In this document: piece after piece, positions 7,397 to 16,480 of the stretch
Position numbering within the stretch: position 1 is the stretch's first letter
Layout of the letters: each line of letters opens with the position of its first letter
Assembly: GCA_964485195.1 (NCBI GenBank)
Contig: CAZAIK010000004.1
Span: 1 to 33,672 of the forward strand
Direction of reading: 5' to 3'
Origin: an uncultured Methanosarcinales archaeon
GTDB lineage: Archaea; Nanobdellota; Nanobdellia; Woesearchaeales; CAIVOO01
DNA length: 33,672 bases
The notes under the pieces: model-generated
What the model was told of the DNA's origin: nothing
What the model saw: only the letters and a program-made list of their open reading frames with translations
Database searches by the model: none
Program-made: the position numbers and the translations under genes

Positions 7397-7984
7397 ATCC
7401 TGCTGGGCGACCTTCCGAACTTGACAATTCCTTTTCCTGTTTTGTACGCCCTCTTCCCATTCTCTTCTTTCAGAAAGTCCGCTTCTTCAAAGCTGTCCCC
7501 CTTTTCAGGATGGGACGTAATCAGCCATTTCTTTTTGCATTCTGTGCACTGCCATACATCCCTGAAAACCCAGCTTGAATCATCCTCCTTGNNNNNNNNN
7601 NNNNNNNNNNNNNNNNNNNNNNNNNNNNNNNNNNNNNNNNNNNNNNNNNNNNNNNNNNNNNNNNNNNNNNNNNNNNNNNNNNNNNNNNNNNTCCTTGCAT
7701 CCTGCAGGGCATTTCCTGAAAAACCTTTTCCTGACCAGATGCTCCCTCACCCACTGGTCCTTTTTCACGTCGTAAAACCTGTATTCCCTGCAGTTGTCCA
7801 GCATTGCCTGCCTGAACTTGTTCTTCTCAACAACCAGGAATAAGAACTTGTCTTCCCCATTTTCATTGAAGTCTATCTTGAGCTTGACAAACCTGTAATC
7901 CTCAAGAGGGACTGAAGTGTGGGGCCTGCCTGCCATAAACCACTCCTTCTTCCCTTTTTTCAGAATGTCATCTGCTTCAACCAT
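7393..7984 (-). CDS. Hypothetical zinc-ribbon-containing protein spanning the assembly gap
   Basis: KCPAGCK before the gap and KEDDSSWVFRDVWQCTECKKKW…SRI* after it. TAG at 7393-7395. Confidence 0.6.
7592..7691. other. Scaffold gap (100 N placeholder)
   Basis: Run of N. Confidence 0.99.
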
Positions 7985-8035
7985 AAAACGTAATGGTTTA
8001 ATGCATTATTTAAATATTTTGAATAAAAAAAGAAA

Positions 8036-8248
8036 TTATCCCCTCTCGTGGGGGAGGGTTCTTACGATGGCGATGGGTATTGCTCCCTTTTCCAGCTCAA
8101 CCTTTGCGATTTCTATGGGGTTGTACTTCAGCCCTTCCAAGTCCTTTTTTTTGAGGTCAATGAGGAAAGGAGCGCCCATTGCTATCTGCAACGCCCTGCT
8201 TCCTATGATGCGGGCCTTTTCAAACTTGGTAAGTTTTTCCTCGCTCAT
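8036..8248 (-). CDS. rpoK: DNA-directed RNA polymerase subunit K (Rpo6)
   Basis: LTKFEKARIIGSRALQIAMGAP...NPIEIAKVELEKGAIPI. Confidence 0.97.
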   Translation of the reverse strand: MSEEKLTKFEKARIIGSRALQIAMGAPFLIDLKKKDLEGLKYNPIEIAKVELEKGAIPIAIVRTLPHERG

Positions 8249-9009
8249 TTTAGGTGTTTCCTTATCTCATCAGCTTTTTGCATGCCTATGTCAACCATTT
8301 TTTCAATTTCCTCAACACTGAGGGTGCCTTCACCTCCCTTCTGCATTGCGCAGATTGTGTGGTTGGTGGTTGTCACTGTGAGCTTGGCATCAAAAGCTTC
8401 CTCTTCCTCTACCAGAGGATCCACTATCAGGTGGCTGCCTACCTTGAGCACTGTCACGGGAACAGGCTCCTTGTTCAACGGCAAAGGCTCGTCTGTCAAT
8501 TCACCGTACTGCACCATGCCATCCTCTACCTTTGGCATTTTCGCGTTTTTCAACGCTGCCAATGCTGCAAGCCCTGCAGCGTCAAGAAGGTTTCCTGCGT
8601 CATTTACAGTTACGACGTCTATTGACACAAGCCATGCCTTCTCCCCTGCCTCTATGCAGAGTTTTTTCAGGTCTATGGCGCCTGCTTCCCTTATGCCCCT
8701 GTCAACAACCCTTGCCAGCTCTATTGCCTTTATGTCAGGTGGGCCTGTCTCGAACTCAGGGCTGGCCATTGGGGAAAGCTCTGCGTCAACCATCAGAGCG
8801 CCCTCTTCGGGCCTGTCAGGATAAGGGGTTCCTATTGAAAGCTTTATTCCTGCGAATACTTCTGTGTCGCCTATCTTTACGCTTGCAGAGCCCTCGGCAT
8901 TCTTGGAGATTCCGTATTTCACTTCTATCTTCCTCATGTCCAGGGGTTTTCTGCCGTCAAATCTCAAGTTTTCTTCAAGTCCTTTGATTATGTGTGATTT
9001 TAACCTCAT
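8245..9009 (-). CDS. rrp42: Exosome subunit Rrp42
   Basis: RFDGRK, AEGSASVKIGDT, FETGPPD, IELARVVDRGIRE and DAGNLLDA motifs. Confidence 0.95.
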   Translation of the reverse strand: MRLKSHIIKGLEENLRFDGRKPLDMRKIEVKYGISKNAEGSASVKIGDTEVFAGIKLSIGTPYPDRPEEGALMVDAELSPMASPEFETGPPDIKAIELARVVDRGIREAGAIDLKKLCIEAGEKAWLVSIDVVTVNDAGNLLDAAGLAALAALKNAKMPKVEDGMVQYGELTDEPLPLNKEPVPVTVLKVGSHLIVDPLVEEEEAFDAKLTVTTTNHTICAMQKGGEGTLSVEEIEKMVDIGMQKADEIRKHLK

Positions 9010-9734
9010 TTTTCATCACCTTTCTCTGCCTCAGCTTCTTTCTTGTACTTCTCCTTCAATGCTTTCTTCTGGGCGTCAAATATTATCTTTACCTGTTCCT
9101 GGCCCATCTTCAGGGCATTGATGAGCTGGTCCTTTTCTACGTCCCCGTCCATCTGGAGAAGTGACAAGGCACCTGTTCTCTGCACTATCGCTATGGGTAT
9201 GTCAGCTACCTTCCCGTCAAATGCCTCCTCGTCATAGTTGAGGTCTATCAGCACCTGCTCGTCAACTCTCCCCACGGAAACAGCAGCTACCAGGTCACGC
9301 ATAGGTATTCCTGCATCTGCAAGTGCTATTGAGGCGGCGCAGATTCCTGCGCATCTCGTTCCCGCGTCTGTCTGGGGAAGCTCTATGAAAACATCCACAA
9401 CAGCATTGGGGAACTCCTCAAGACTCAGAACAGGAAGCAAGGCCTTTTCAGTAACCATTGAAATTTCCTTGGACCTTCTTGAAGGCCCCGGCCTTACTCT
9501 CTCTCCCTTGCTGGAGAAGGGCATCATAGCGTAGTTAACCCTGATTATTCCTTCCTTGGGATTCTGAAGAAACCTGGGGTGAAGGTTCCTGGGGCCGTAA
9601 ACCGCTGCGTATGCGATGGTATTGCCTATCCTGAACATGGCAGAGCCGTCAGCCCTCTTTATTATTCCTGCCTTTGCCTCTATCTCCCGCATTTCCTCGA
9701 ATTTTCTTCCGTCAAGTCTTTTTGGATAAGTCAT
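9006..9734 (-). CDS. rrp41: Exosome subunit Rrp41
   Basis: RLDGRK, ADGSA, AVYGPR, PSRRSKEIS and DAGTRCA motifs. Confidence 0.95.
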   Translation of the reverse strand: MTYPKRLDGRKFEEMREIEAKAGIIKRADGSAMFRIGNTIAYAAVYGPRNLHPRFLQNPKEGIIRVNYAMMPFSSKGERVRPGPSRRSKEISMVTEKALLPVLSLEEFPNAVVDVFIELPQTDAGTRCAGICAASIALADAGIPMRDLVAAVSVGRVDEQVLIDLNYDEEAFDGKVADIPIAIVQRTGALSLLQMDGDVEKDQLINALKMGQEQVKIIFDAQKKALKEKYKKEAEAEKGDEK

Positions 9735-10447
9735 TTTTGTTCACCTTTCTCTTCCACTTTCTTTCCTGTTGATTTTTCCAGGAAATCCTTTATCCTCTCG
9801 GTGAGCCCGCTTAAGTGGGATTCCTTTTCTATCTTCCTTATTGCTTCTATGGCGATAAGCTCGTTCTTGGGGTCTCCGGAAATCCAGAGCAGGCTGTTCT
9901 GCCCCACTATTATCTTGCAGCCGGTGACCTGCTTTATCATGTGCACCATTGAGCCCTGCTTTCCTATTATCCTCGGGACCTTGTTGGTGTTTACCTCTAT
10001 AATCCTCCCGCCGCTCAGCTTCCTGAGACCGGGCCCTCTTGCGGTAAGGTCCACAAGCTTTTGCGATGTTACATTTGTTATCTTTGCAACAATGTAATCA
10101 TCAACGTCAAAATACTGTGTCAAGTCCGCACCCCTCTGTATGAACTCGGAGGTGGCGTCCTTCACAGAAAGCATCGCCGGGTAAGCGCAGTTTGTGTCCA
10201 CGCGCCATCCGCTGTAGGAAACATCCTCCACTCTCCCTATTATCACGTCTCCCCTTCGGGGAATGTATTTTCCTGCAAGGGGGATTATCCTTATTATCTT
10301 TCCTTCTATGCTCACCAGGCCGAGCCTGGATGCGACAATCTTGTCCTTGTCCCTGTAAGTTCCGAAGGAGGGCAGGTATTCCATTCCTGTTGCCATCTCT
10401 TCCCCAGGGATAACTATCTCCTTGTTCTTCACTAAAATTTCTGCCAT
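9731..10447 (-). CDS. rrp4: Exosome RNA-binding subunit Rrp4
   Basis: IVIPGE, YIPRRGDVIIG (S1 domain), KVPRIIGKQGSM (KH domain) and HLSGLTERI. Confidence 0.95.
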   Translation of the reverse strand: MAEILVKNKEIVIPGEEMATGMEYLPSFGTYRDKDKIVASRLGLVSIEGKIIRIIPLAGKYIPRRGDVIIGRVEDVSYSGWRVDTNCAYPAMLSVKDATSEFIQRGADLTQYFDVDDYIVAKITNVTSQKLVDLTARGPGLRKLSGGRIIEVNTNKVPRIIGKQGSMVHMIKQVTGCKIIVGQNSLLWISGDPKNELIAIEAIRKIEKESHLSGLTERIKDFLEKSTGKKVEEKGEQK

Positions 10448-10452
10448 TTTAT

Positions 10453-11187
10453 TCACCTGTTTTCCTTTTCCTCTATCAGAGCTTCTCCGTGTGTCAGCTC
10501 ATTTATCCGGTCAAAGAATTCATCCCTTCTGCCCGCAGGCACTTCAATAAGGCAGGAATAAGAGCCATCGGTTTTCCATTCTTCCTTGTTTATGGTTCCG
10601 AATTGTTTCAGTATTCCCTGCGCGCGGGAAGCGGTTTTTAATGGAAGCAGAACACTGAAAACCTTTGAGTCCACTCTTATCGGAAGAACGGGCTTTAATT
10701 CCTTGACTGTTTCCTCAAGCTGTTCCTCAGCTGTTTTCCCTTCTTTAACCTTTATCCTTGCCTCTTCAAAGGCGTTTGCTATTCTCTGGACCGGCAATGG
10801 ATGCCCTGTCTTGCCGTCCACGCAGTTGACACGCACAAGCTCCAACAGCCTTTTTCTTTTTTTCTCTCTTTGCTCATCCCTGTATTTGTCAGAATACTGG
10901 ATGATGCCTTTCTTGATGATGATTTCAGCTATTTTTACCTTGTCTGTTGTCCCGAAAAAATCCGTCAGCTCCTGCTCGCTGGGCCTTAGCCCTTTCTTCG
11001 TGTCTGTGAAAATGTCCTCGCTAAGCAGGGCTTCCCTGACATTGTTAAGCCTGCCTTCCCTGAACTGCGCTGCAAGGTCGGGGTCTATGGCAACCTCAAA
11101 ATGCCTGGATCTTTCAGGAATGAAGCGTGCAACATTCCATTCCGCTGCACCTTCCTTCTTGAGGTCATAAACATATCCCTTAGCCAT
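10453..11187 (-). CDS. Ribosome maturation factor SBDS/Sdo1
   Basis: FEVAIDP, IFTDTKKG, FGTTD and LKPVLPI motifs, in its conserved position between psmA and rrp4. Confidence 0.92.
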   Translation of the reverse strand: MAKGYVYDLKKEGAAEWNVARFIPERSRHFEVAIDPDLAAQFREGRLNNVREALLSEDIFTDTKKGLRPSEQELTDFFGTTDKVKIAEIIIKKGIIQYSDKYRDEQREKKRKRLLELVRVNCVDGKTGHPLPVQRIANAFEEARIKVKEGKTAEEQLEETVKELKPVLPIRVDSKVFSVLLPLKTASRAQGILKQFGTINKEEWKTDGSYSCLIEVPAGRRDEFFDRINELTHGEALIEEKENR

Positions 11188-11188
11188 T

Positions 11189-11920
11189 TTATTTCTTCTT
11201 CAATGAGCTGAAAATCTTTTCAATCTCCTTTTTGTTCAGCTGCTTGAATTTCTTGTCCTCTGTCTTGATGTATGCAGCTGCCACCCTCTCCGGGCCGAAT
11301 TTCCCGTCGAGAACTTTGATGAGTGATTTTATTCCCAGCTTCAGCCCGTCTTCCACATTCATTGATTCCTTGTACTCCTTCTTCAGGATTTCCTCAACCT
11401 CTGCTTCAGCCTCGCCGATGGCCGCTGCCTTGAACTGGAAGTATATTCCCACGGGGTCTGTCTCAAACAGTTTTGGCCCCTGCTGGTCCACTCCTGTTAT
11501 CAGTAAAGAGACGCCGAAAGGCCTCAGCCCCGCCGACTGCGTGCATATCTGCTTCAGGCTGCAGATGTCCTTGACAACCTCATCAACATCAATCTGGGTG
11601 TCGTAAGTTACCTGGTGCTGCTGTGCCTTTAGCTGGCCCTTTTCCACCAGTACTCTTGCATCTGGCGCTATTCCTGAAAAGGTGGCGCCAATATGCTCAT
11701 CAATCTGGTATATTTTCTCCACAGATTCAGGTATTATGAAAGGGTCAACAATCCTCTTGTCAGCTATCAACACAACCCCGTCCTTGCATACTATGCCTAT
11801 TGCAGTGCTTCCCTGCTTTACTGTCTTTTTCGCATACTCAACCTGCAAAAGCCGCCCGTCGGGGGAGAACATCGTGATGGTCCTGTCATAACCCATCATT
11901 TGGTGCTGTACTTGCTGCAT
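11189..11920 (-). CDS. psmA: Proteasome alpha subunit
   Basis: GYDRTITMFSPDGRLLQVEYA signature and RPFGVSLL. Confidence 0.97.
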   Translation of the reverse strand: MQQVQHQMMGYDRTITMFSPDGRLLQVEYAKKTVKQGSTAIGIVCKDGVVLIADKRIVDPFIIPESVEKIYQIDEHIGATFSGIAPDARVLVEKGQLKAQQHQVTYDTQIDVDEVVKDICSLKQICTQSAGLRPFGVSLLITGVDQQGPKLFETDPVGIYFQFKAAAIGEAEAEVEEILKKEYKESMNVEDGLKLGIKSLIKVLDGKFGPERVAAAYIKTEDKKFKQLNKKEIEKIFSSLKKK

Positions 11921-11932
11921 TTTTCAACCTCC

Positions 11933-12277
11933 TTATTCGATATAACTCTGAGCCTTTTTCAAAGTTCCCGAAACTCCTGTTGAGGAGATTATTGCCGGAA
12001 CTTCCTTAACTTTTTTCACAAGAGCAATGCCTGCTCTCAGCTGGTCCAGAAACTTATGGTTGACCATAATTATTCCCTTGTTGTTTTTCTCTTTTATGAA
12101 CCTGATGCCTGCCTTGGCCATGCCGTAATCTCCAATAAGGCCTTTTACTGAATCAGTTATTTCAGCTTTTACAGCCTTAAAATCGCTAATTGCAGTTTTG
12201 GAGGTTAACTTGAAAGCCAAATAGCGTTTTCTTTCTCTTAAACTAGGCAATAAAGCCTTTAATCGTTTTTTTGCCAT
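11933..12277 (-). CDS. rnp2: RNase P protein Pop5/Rpp14
   Basis: LLPSLRERKRYLAF and GVSGTLKKA, directly upstream of psmA. Confidence 0.92.
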   Translation of the reverse strand: MAKKRLKALLPSLRERKRYLAFKLTSKTAISDFKAVKAEITDSVKGLIGDYGMAKAGIRFIKEKNNKGIIMVNHKFLDQLRAGIALVKKVKEVPAIISSTGVSGTLKKAQSYIE

Positions 12278-12398
12278 TTTTAGCCTCAAAACGGTTCTTT
12301 TTAACCGAGAAAACGTCTAATGCCCGTTTTTCTCCCTTTTCTCGCTGGAATTTATGATTATTCCGGAGTTTTTAAAAGTATTGTTTTCTATATAGAGA

Positions 12399-13616
12399 TT
12401 ATTTAATGAAGCTGGCTCCTGCCTCCTTAATCCTTTTCCTGACCACGCTGCCCAGCCTGCCCTCATCCAGCACCACCTGCTTGTAAGAATCATTCCTTCC
12501 AAGAATGCTTCCTTTCCTGATTTCATCAAGGTAAACCTCGCACTCCCTGCCCACCCATCTCTCGTTACGCTCCCTTGAGATTTTCCTGTGCAATTCCCTC
12601 ATTATCCTGGAGCGCTCGTTCCTTGTCCTGACATCAACCTGCTCCAGCCTGCTCGCTTCTGTCCCGGGCCTGGGCCAGAATTTTGAAATGTTCAGGGTGT
12701 CCGGCGTTATCTCTCTTATTAAATCGCAGCTGTCATTAAACTGCCTTTCTGTCTCCCCGGGGAATCCCACGATGATGTCTGTGGAAACGTGAATGTCCGG
12801 AATCTCACTCCTGAATTTGCTTATTATTCTCTTGAAATCCCCTGCTTTGTATTGCCTGTTCATTTTTTTCAGGATTTCATCATTGCCCGACTGCACAGGC
12901 AGGTGCAAAAACTTGAAAATTCGTTTGTCTTTATAGATTCCAATTAATTCATCTGCGAAATCAAGGATATGATTTGGGTTAATCATGCCTACCCTTAACC
13001 TGAAGTCTTTTTTTAATTCCAATATCTTTCTTAACAATCTGACCAGACTGGCATTCCTGTCCATTCCGTAAGCACCGCAGTCCTGCGAGGTGAGCCATAT
13101 CTCATATGCGTTTGAATTCCTGACAGCGTCAACAATCATCTTTTCAGGATAAGAAAACAAATTTCCTTTTGCAACCTTTGTGATGCAATAAGAACAATTC
13201 CCCACACACCCTTCAGCTATCTGGATTATCTCAATAGCCTTGTTCTTGTTTTTCTTGGGCAATCCCAATTTTATTTCCTTGTTTTTTCCCAAAAAATCCT
13301 GTTTCTCCTTGATTGCCCTGTTTATTTTTTCCAAATTTGTTAGTGAAACAAGAACAGCATCCTTCCTTACCCTCCTGACGACTTCCTCCTGGGCGTCAGC
13401 CATGCACCCTGTAACAATTATTGGCTTTTTTATGTCCTGCATTCTCTTGATTATCCTGTTCTCAGTGGGCCCCTTCACAGTGCAGGTGTTTACCACAACC
13501 AGCTCGGCATCCTTTTCTTCAACAACTTCGTGGCCGGCCGTTTCCAAAAGCCCTTCAATTATCTCGGAATTGTTTATGTTTGCCGAGCAGCCGTAGGTTT
13601 CTATGCTGATTTTCAT
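12399..13616 (-). CDS. MiaB-like tRNA methylthiotransferase (archaeal t6A37 MtaB type)
   Basis: ETYGCSAN, NTCTVK, VTGCM, CVGNCSYC (radical SAM), HLPVQSG and DIIVGFPGET motifs. Confidence 0.92.
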   Translation of the reverse strand: MKISIETYGCSANINNSEIIEGLLETAGHEVVEEKDAELVVVNTCTVKGPTENRIIKRMQDIKKPIIVTGCMADAQEEVVRRVRKDAVLVSLTNLEKINRAIKEKQDFLGKNKEIKLGLPKKNKNKAIEIIQIAEGCVGNCSYCITKVAKGNLFSYPEKMIVDAVRNSNAYEIWLTSQDCGAYGMDRNASLVRLLRKILELKKDFRLRVGMINPNHILDFADELIGIYKDKRIFKFLHLPVQSGNDEILKKMNRQYKAGDFKRIISKFRSEIPDIHVSTDIIVGFPGETERQFNDSCDLIREITPDTLNISKFWPRPGTEASRLEQVDVRTRNERSRIMRELHRKISRERNERWVGRECEVYLDEIRKGSILGRNDSYKQVVLDEGRLGSVVRKRIKEAGASFIK

Positions 13617-13693
13617 TTGCTCTCTTAAAAGTGCATATTTTTTAAAGCTTTTCGTGGGCAAAACTTTTTAAACAAAAACACCATTGCAGGATC

Positions 13694-14116
13694 ATGGAGC
13701 AGATAAACCTCTTCATAAAATCCCTGAAAGACACAATTCACAAAATAAAGCAGGATTATGCAATACTTAGGGAAAATCAAAACCTGACTGATGATAAGGA
13801 AAGAAAATCTTTTCTGGCCGCGCTTGGAAACGCGTTGGCAGCTTTGCAAGAATTCAATGAAAACACACATTACAGGAATTTCAAGGAGCTGGAGCCTGAG
13901 CTGCACAAGGTAAGGTCGTTTCTCTCTGTTAAGGATCTTAAGATGACATTTGAACGCCTGACAGAGCTGGAAGGCGAATTAAGGGCGATACTTGCTAAAG
14001 CGCAGTCAGGGGAGGGTATAAAGGAAATGATAATCGGAACCAGTTCTGCAATAGGCTCCCTTGAGAAAGCCGTAGATGAGCTGCCTTACCCTGTGGAATT
14101 CAGGAAAGTGGCTTAG
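13694..14116 (+). CDS. Hypothetical helical/coiled-coil protein
   Basis: Clean ORF between a TATA-containing spacer and the tRNA-Pro promoter. Confidence 0.6.
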   Translation: MEQINLFIKSLKDTIHKIKQDYAILRENQNLTDDKERKSFLAALGNALAALQEFNENTHYRNFKELEPELHKVRSFLSVKDLKMTFERLTELEGELRAILAKAQSGEGIKEMIIGTSSAIGSLEKAVDELPYPVEFRKVA

Positions 14117-14162
14117 CAACAGATAACTTTTTAAAAGAACATAATCCATACAGCTTATGCAC

Positions 14163-14266
14163 GGGGCCATGGGGTAGCTTGGTATCCTTTCCGGTTTGGG
14201 TAAGCGGAGAGAAGCTGCTTCGCAGCAAAAAACCGGATGACCCGGGTTCAAATCCTGGTGGCCCCA
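14163..14266 (+). tRNA. tRNA-Pro(TGG) with 31-nt canonical 37/38 intron (14201-14231)
   Basis: Acceptor GGGGCCA/TGGCCCC, anticodon stem TCCGG/CCGGA, TGG at 14197-14199, TTCAAAT T-loop, central helix TTTG/CAAA. TATA TTTTTAAA lies upstream. Confidence 0.95.
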
Positions 14267-14267
14267 C

Positions 14268-14600
14268 TTAATAAAGCCTTCCGCCAACAGGCACTTCTTT
14301 TTCAGGCTCAACAAGAATGCAGCTTCCGTCCTCTTTTGGAACGCCCAGAACAAGAACTTCCGACTTCATCGGTCCTATTTGCCTTGGCGGGAAGTTGATG
14401 ACTGCCAGGACAAGTTTTCCCTTCAGCTCCTCTTTTGTGTAATTGCCAGCCAGCTGAGCAGAGCTTTTCTTTTTTCCAATCTCCTTTCCAAAGTCAATCT
14501 TCAGCTTGTAGCTCGGATTTCTTGCCTCTGGAAAGTCCTCTGCCTCTAATATTCTTCCTACCCTTATGTCAACCTTTTGGAAGTCCTCATATGTTGCCAT
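14268..14600 (-). CDS. csaA: tRNA-binding/chaperone protein CsaA (Trbp111 family)
   Basis: FQKVDIRVG, FPEARNPSYKLKIDFG, KSSAQL and NFPPRQIGPMKSEVLVLG. Confidence 0.92.
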   Translation of the reverse strand: MATYEDFQKVDIRVGRILEAEDFPEARNPSYKLKIDFGKEIGKKKSSAQLAGNYTKEELKGKLVLAVINFPPRQIGPMKSEVLVLGVPKEDGSCILVEPEKEVPVGGRLY

Positions 14601-14719
14601 ATACTTTTAAGTGAAGAAGTATTTATATTTCTTCCCATACTGGGTTGAGCCAGCTGTTGCATTGCTGGCACAATAAAATGCCAGTTGGCATTTTCTGTGC
14701 AGAAACTCCTCCATATTGT

Positions 14720-15058
14720 CTAACAGGTGACGTGGATTATCGCGGCAGTTCTCCTTGAATTGGAGATTTCATTGAATTCTTCCCTGATGTCCTGCGTTTT
14801 GCCCTTGACCACTTCAACATTTTTTTCTTTCAACAGTTTCTTTGCTTCACCTGCAAGGCGGGCCATCCCCGAAGTGCCTTTGCCGATAAAAATTACTTCA
14901 GGCCGGCCTTCCAGTATGCGCTCAACTTCCTCTTTCTTTATGTCGTGGCCGTAATCTCTTTTTTCCACACTGCCTGAAACGAGAATGTAAACATCGTGCT
15001 CATTCCTCTTGTTGTTTATTTCAATGTACCCGTAGCCAGAGGAGGTAATTTCTGCCAT
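14720..15058 (-). CDS. Mth938-like (DUF498/DUF598) protein
   Basis: GYGYIEIN, HDVYI, PEVIFIGKG and terminal AAIIHVTC. Confidence 0.88.
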   Translation of the reverse strand: MAEITSSGYGYIEINNKRNEHDVYILVSGSVEKRDYGHDIKKEEVERILEGRPEVIFIGKGTSGMARLAGEAKKLLKEKNVEVVKGKTQDIREEFNEISNSRRTAAIIHVTC

Positions 15059-15113
15059 AAGACTGGGAAAATAGCATAATTTTTTTAAATTTATCACTAT
15101 TTTTGAATGGTAT

Positions 15114-15878
15114 ATGGCAGGAACAAGAAACATTGGGGAGTATCATATATACAGGACAGGAATGGATGAAGCAAATAAACTGCACCTTCTCACTGCAGAG
15201 ATGAGGGACAATTTCTTTGAAAATCCCGCAATTATGAACCTTTTGTGGGGAAGCAGCAGGGCGAGAGGTGAAGCTCCTGAATCATTCCTGGACATTCGCG
15301 ATGCAGTTGTCCACAGGAGCATTACAGCGCTGAGCCTGGCATATCTTGAACACGCGATTGGCATTGCAACAAGGCCTCAAATAATGAGCATAGGCTCCGG
15401 AGACGTGATAGCCACTCCTGAATCTGAAATCAAATTTGAAACCTCCCAGGGCCATAACTATTTCAGAGTCGAGGAATTGCAAAAGCAATGGTTTCAGAAC
15501 CCGGACATAGTTGAAAAAATAAGGGAGTATGAAAAAACACTGAATCTTGCATTTGACGAATTCAACTTGAAATTTGTCCTCTCAAGGATGTTTTACTCGC
15601 AAACCAATTTCATATTTGAAGACTGCGAGGAAAAGAGAATTCAGGAAAGAATAGCGGACGCAATGAAGCCGCACAGGCTTTATCACGAGATGGATAAAGC
15701 ATACTACAGTATGGGCAACAGGTTTTATGCAGAGGCAGGGAGTTTGTATGAAAAATTGTTTGAATCAGATTTCGGAAGATTCTTCATCTTGAAGGAAGAG
15801 GAGATACAGGCGGGTTTAAGCCACGATTTTGGCAGGATTAATGAGATTTTGGAAGAGCAGGAGGAGCAAAATTTATAA
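15114..15878 (+). CDS. Hypothetical protein
   Basis: 254-aa ORF with no recognised motif. Confidence 0.6.
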   Translation: MAGTRNIGEYHIYRTGMDEANKLHLLTAEMRDNFFENPAIMNLLWGSSRARGEAPESFLDIRDAVVHRSITALSLAYLEHAIGIATRPQIMSIGSGDVIATPESEIKFETSQGHNYFRVEELQKQWFQNPDIVEKIREYEKTLNLAFDEFNLKFVLSRMFYSQTNFIFEDCEEKRIQERIADAMKPHRLYHEMDKAYYSMGNRFYAEAGSLYEKLFESDFGRFFILKEEEIQAGLSHDFGRINEILEEQEEQNL

Positions 15879-15916
15879 ATGAAACCTTATCTTAATATTC
15901 AAAAGGGAGGTGTAAA

Positions 15917-16480
15917 ATGAAAAAATACATCATTGGTTTTGCAATCTTGCTTGTTATGGCTGTTATTCTAATTGGATGTGCTGAGAAAACAACAGTGCTT
16001 CCTCCGCAGGGAGAGGCTCCTGACCAGGAAGATGAACAGGCTCCGCCTGCCGCAGAGCCGGACACGGCAGAAGATGAAACACCAACCACTGCTCCTGAAG
16101 AAACAGGATTAGAGGAAACACAGATAGAAGAGCTAAAAGACTGCGAGACTGACTACGCAATAGGATGGGTTCCCAATTCCTGCAGTTTTGACGGGGAAAC
16201 TTTCAAGATAACACTGAAGGCAGTGGGCAAGGGAGGCATAGACGGAATAGTTTTCTATGTGACAGGGCCTACTGACAGGAAAGTGGTGCTCAAGGACAAC
16301 ACAAACGTTGCCTCTGAAGATTCACACGCTTACTCCTTTGATGTTTCAGAATTAGAGGATGACCTTGGGGGGAGCATAGATGACATACTCGCGCTGCCTG
16401 TGAAGGAAGTGGGAGGCACAGACTACGCCTGCTTCAACCAGAGACTAAAGGTCATAAAAGACCTGCACTGCGTGGGTTAA
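15917..16480 (+). CDS. Secreted/lipoprotein-like hypothetical protein
   Basis: MKK, hydrophobic stretch and LIGC lipobox-like site, then a Pro/Glu/Thr linker and four further Cys. GGAGGTG SD. Confidence 0.7.
   Translation: MKKYIIGFAILLVMAVILIGCAEKTTVLPPQGEAPDQEDEQAPPAAEPDTAEDETPTTAPEETGLEETQIEELKDCETDYAIGWVPNSCSFDGETFKITLKAVGKGGIDGIVFYVTGPTDRKVVLKDNTNVASEDSHAYSFDVSELEDDLGGSIDDILALPVKEVGGTDYACFNQRLKVIKDLHCVG

Noticed and set aside
8048..11983. Several long plus-strand ORFs (e.g. 8048-8824, 9579-10097, 10586-11170)
   Set aside because: Antisense to well-conserved exosome and proteasome genes, Ser-rich and with no motifs.
14607..14714. 35-aa minus ORF MEEFLHRKCQLAFYC…
   Set aside because: Runs across hairpins and the likely csaA TATA, with no recognisable pattern. 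Cannot be supported.
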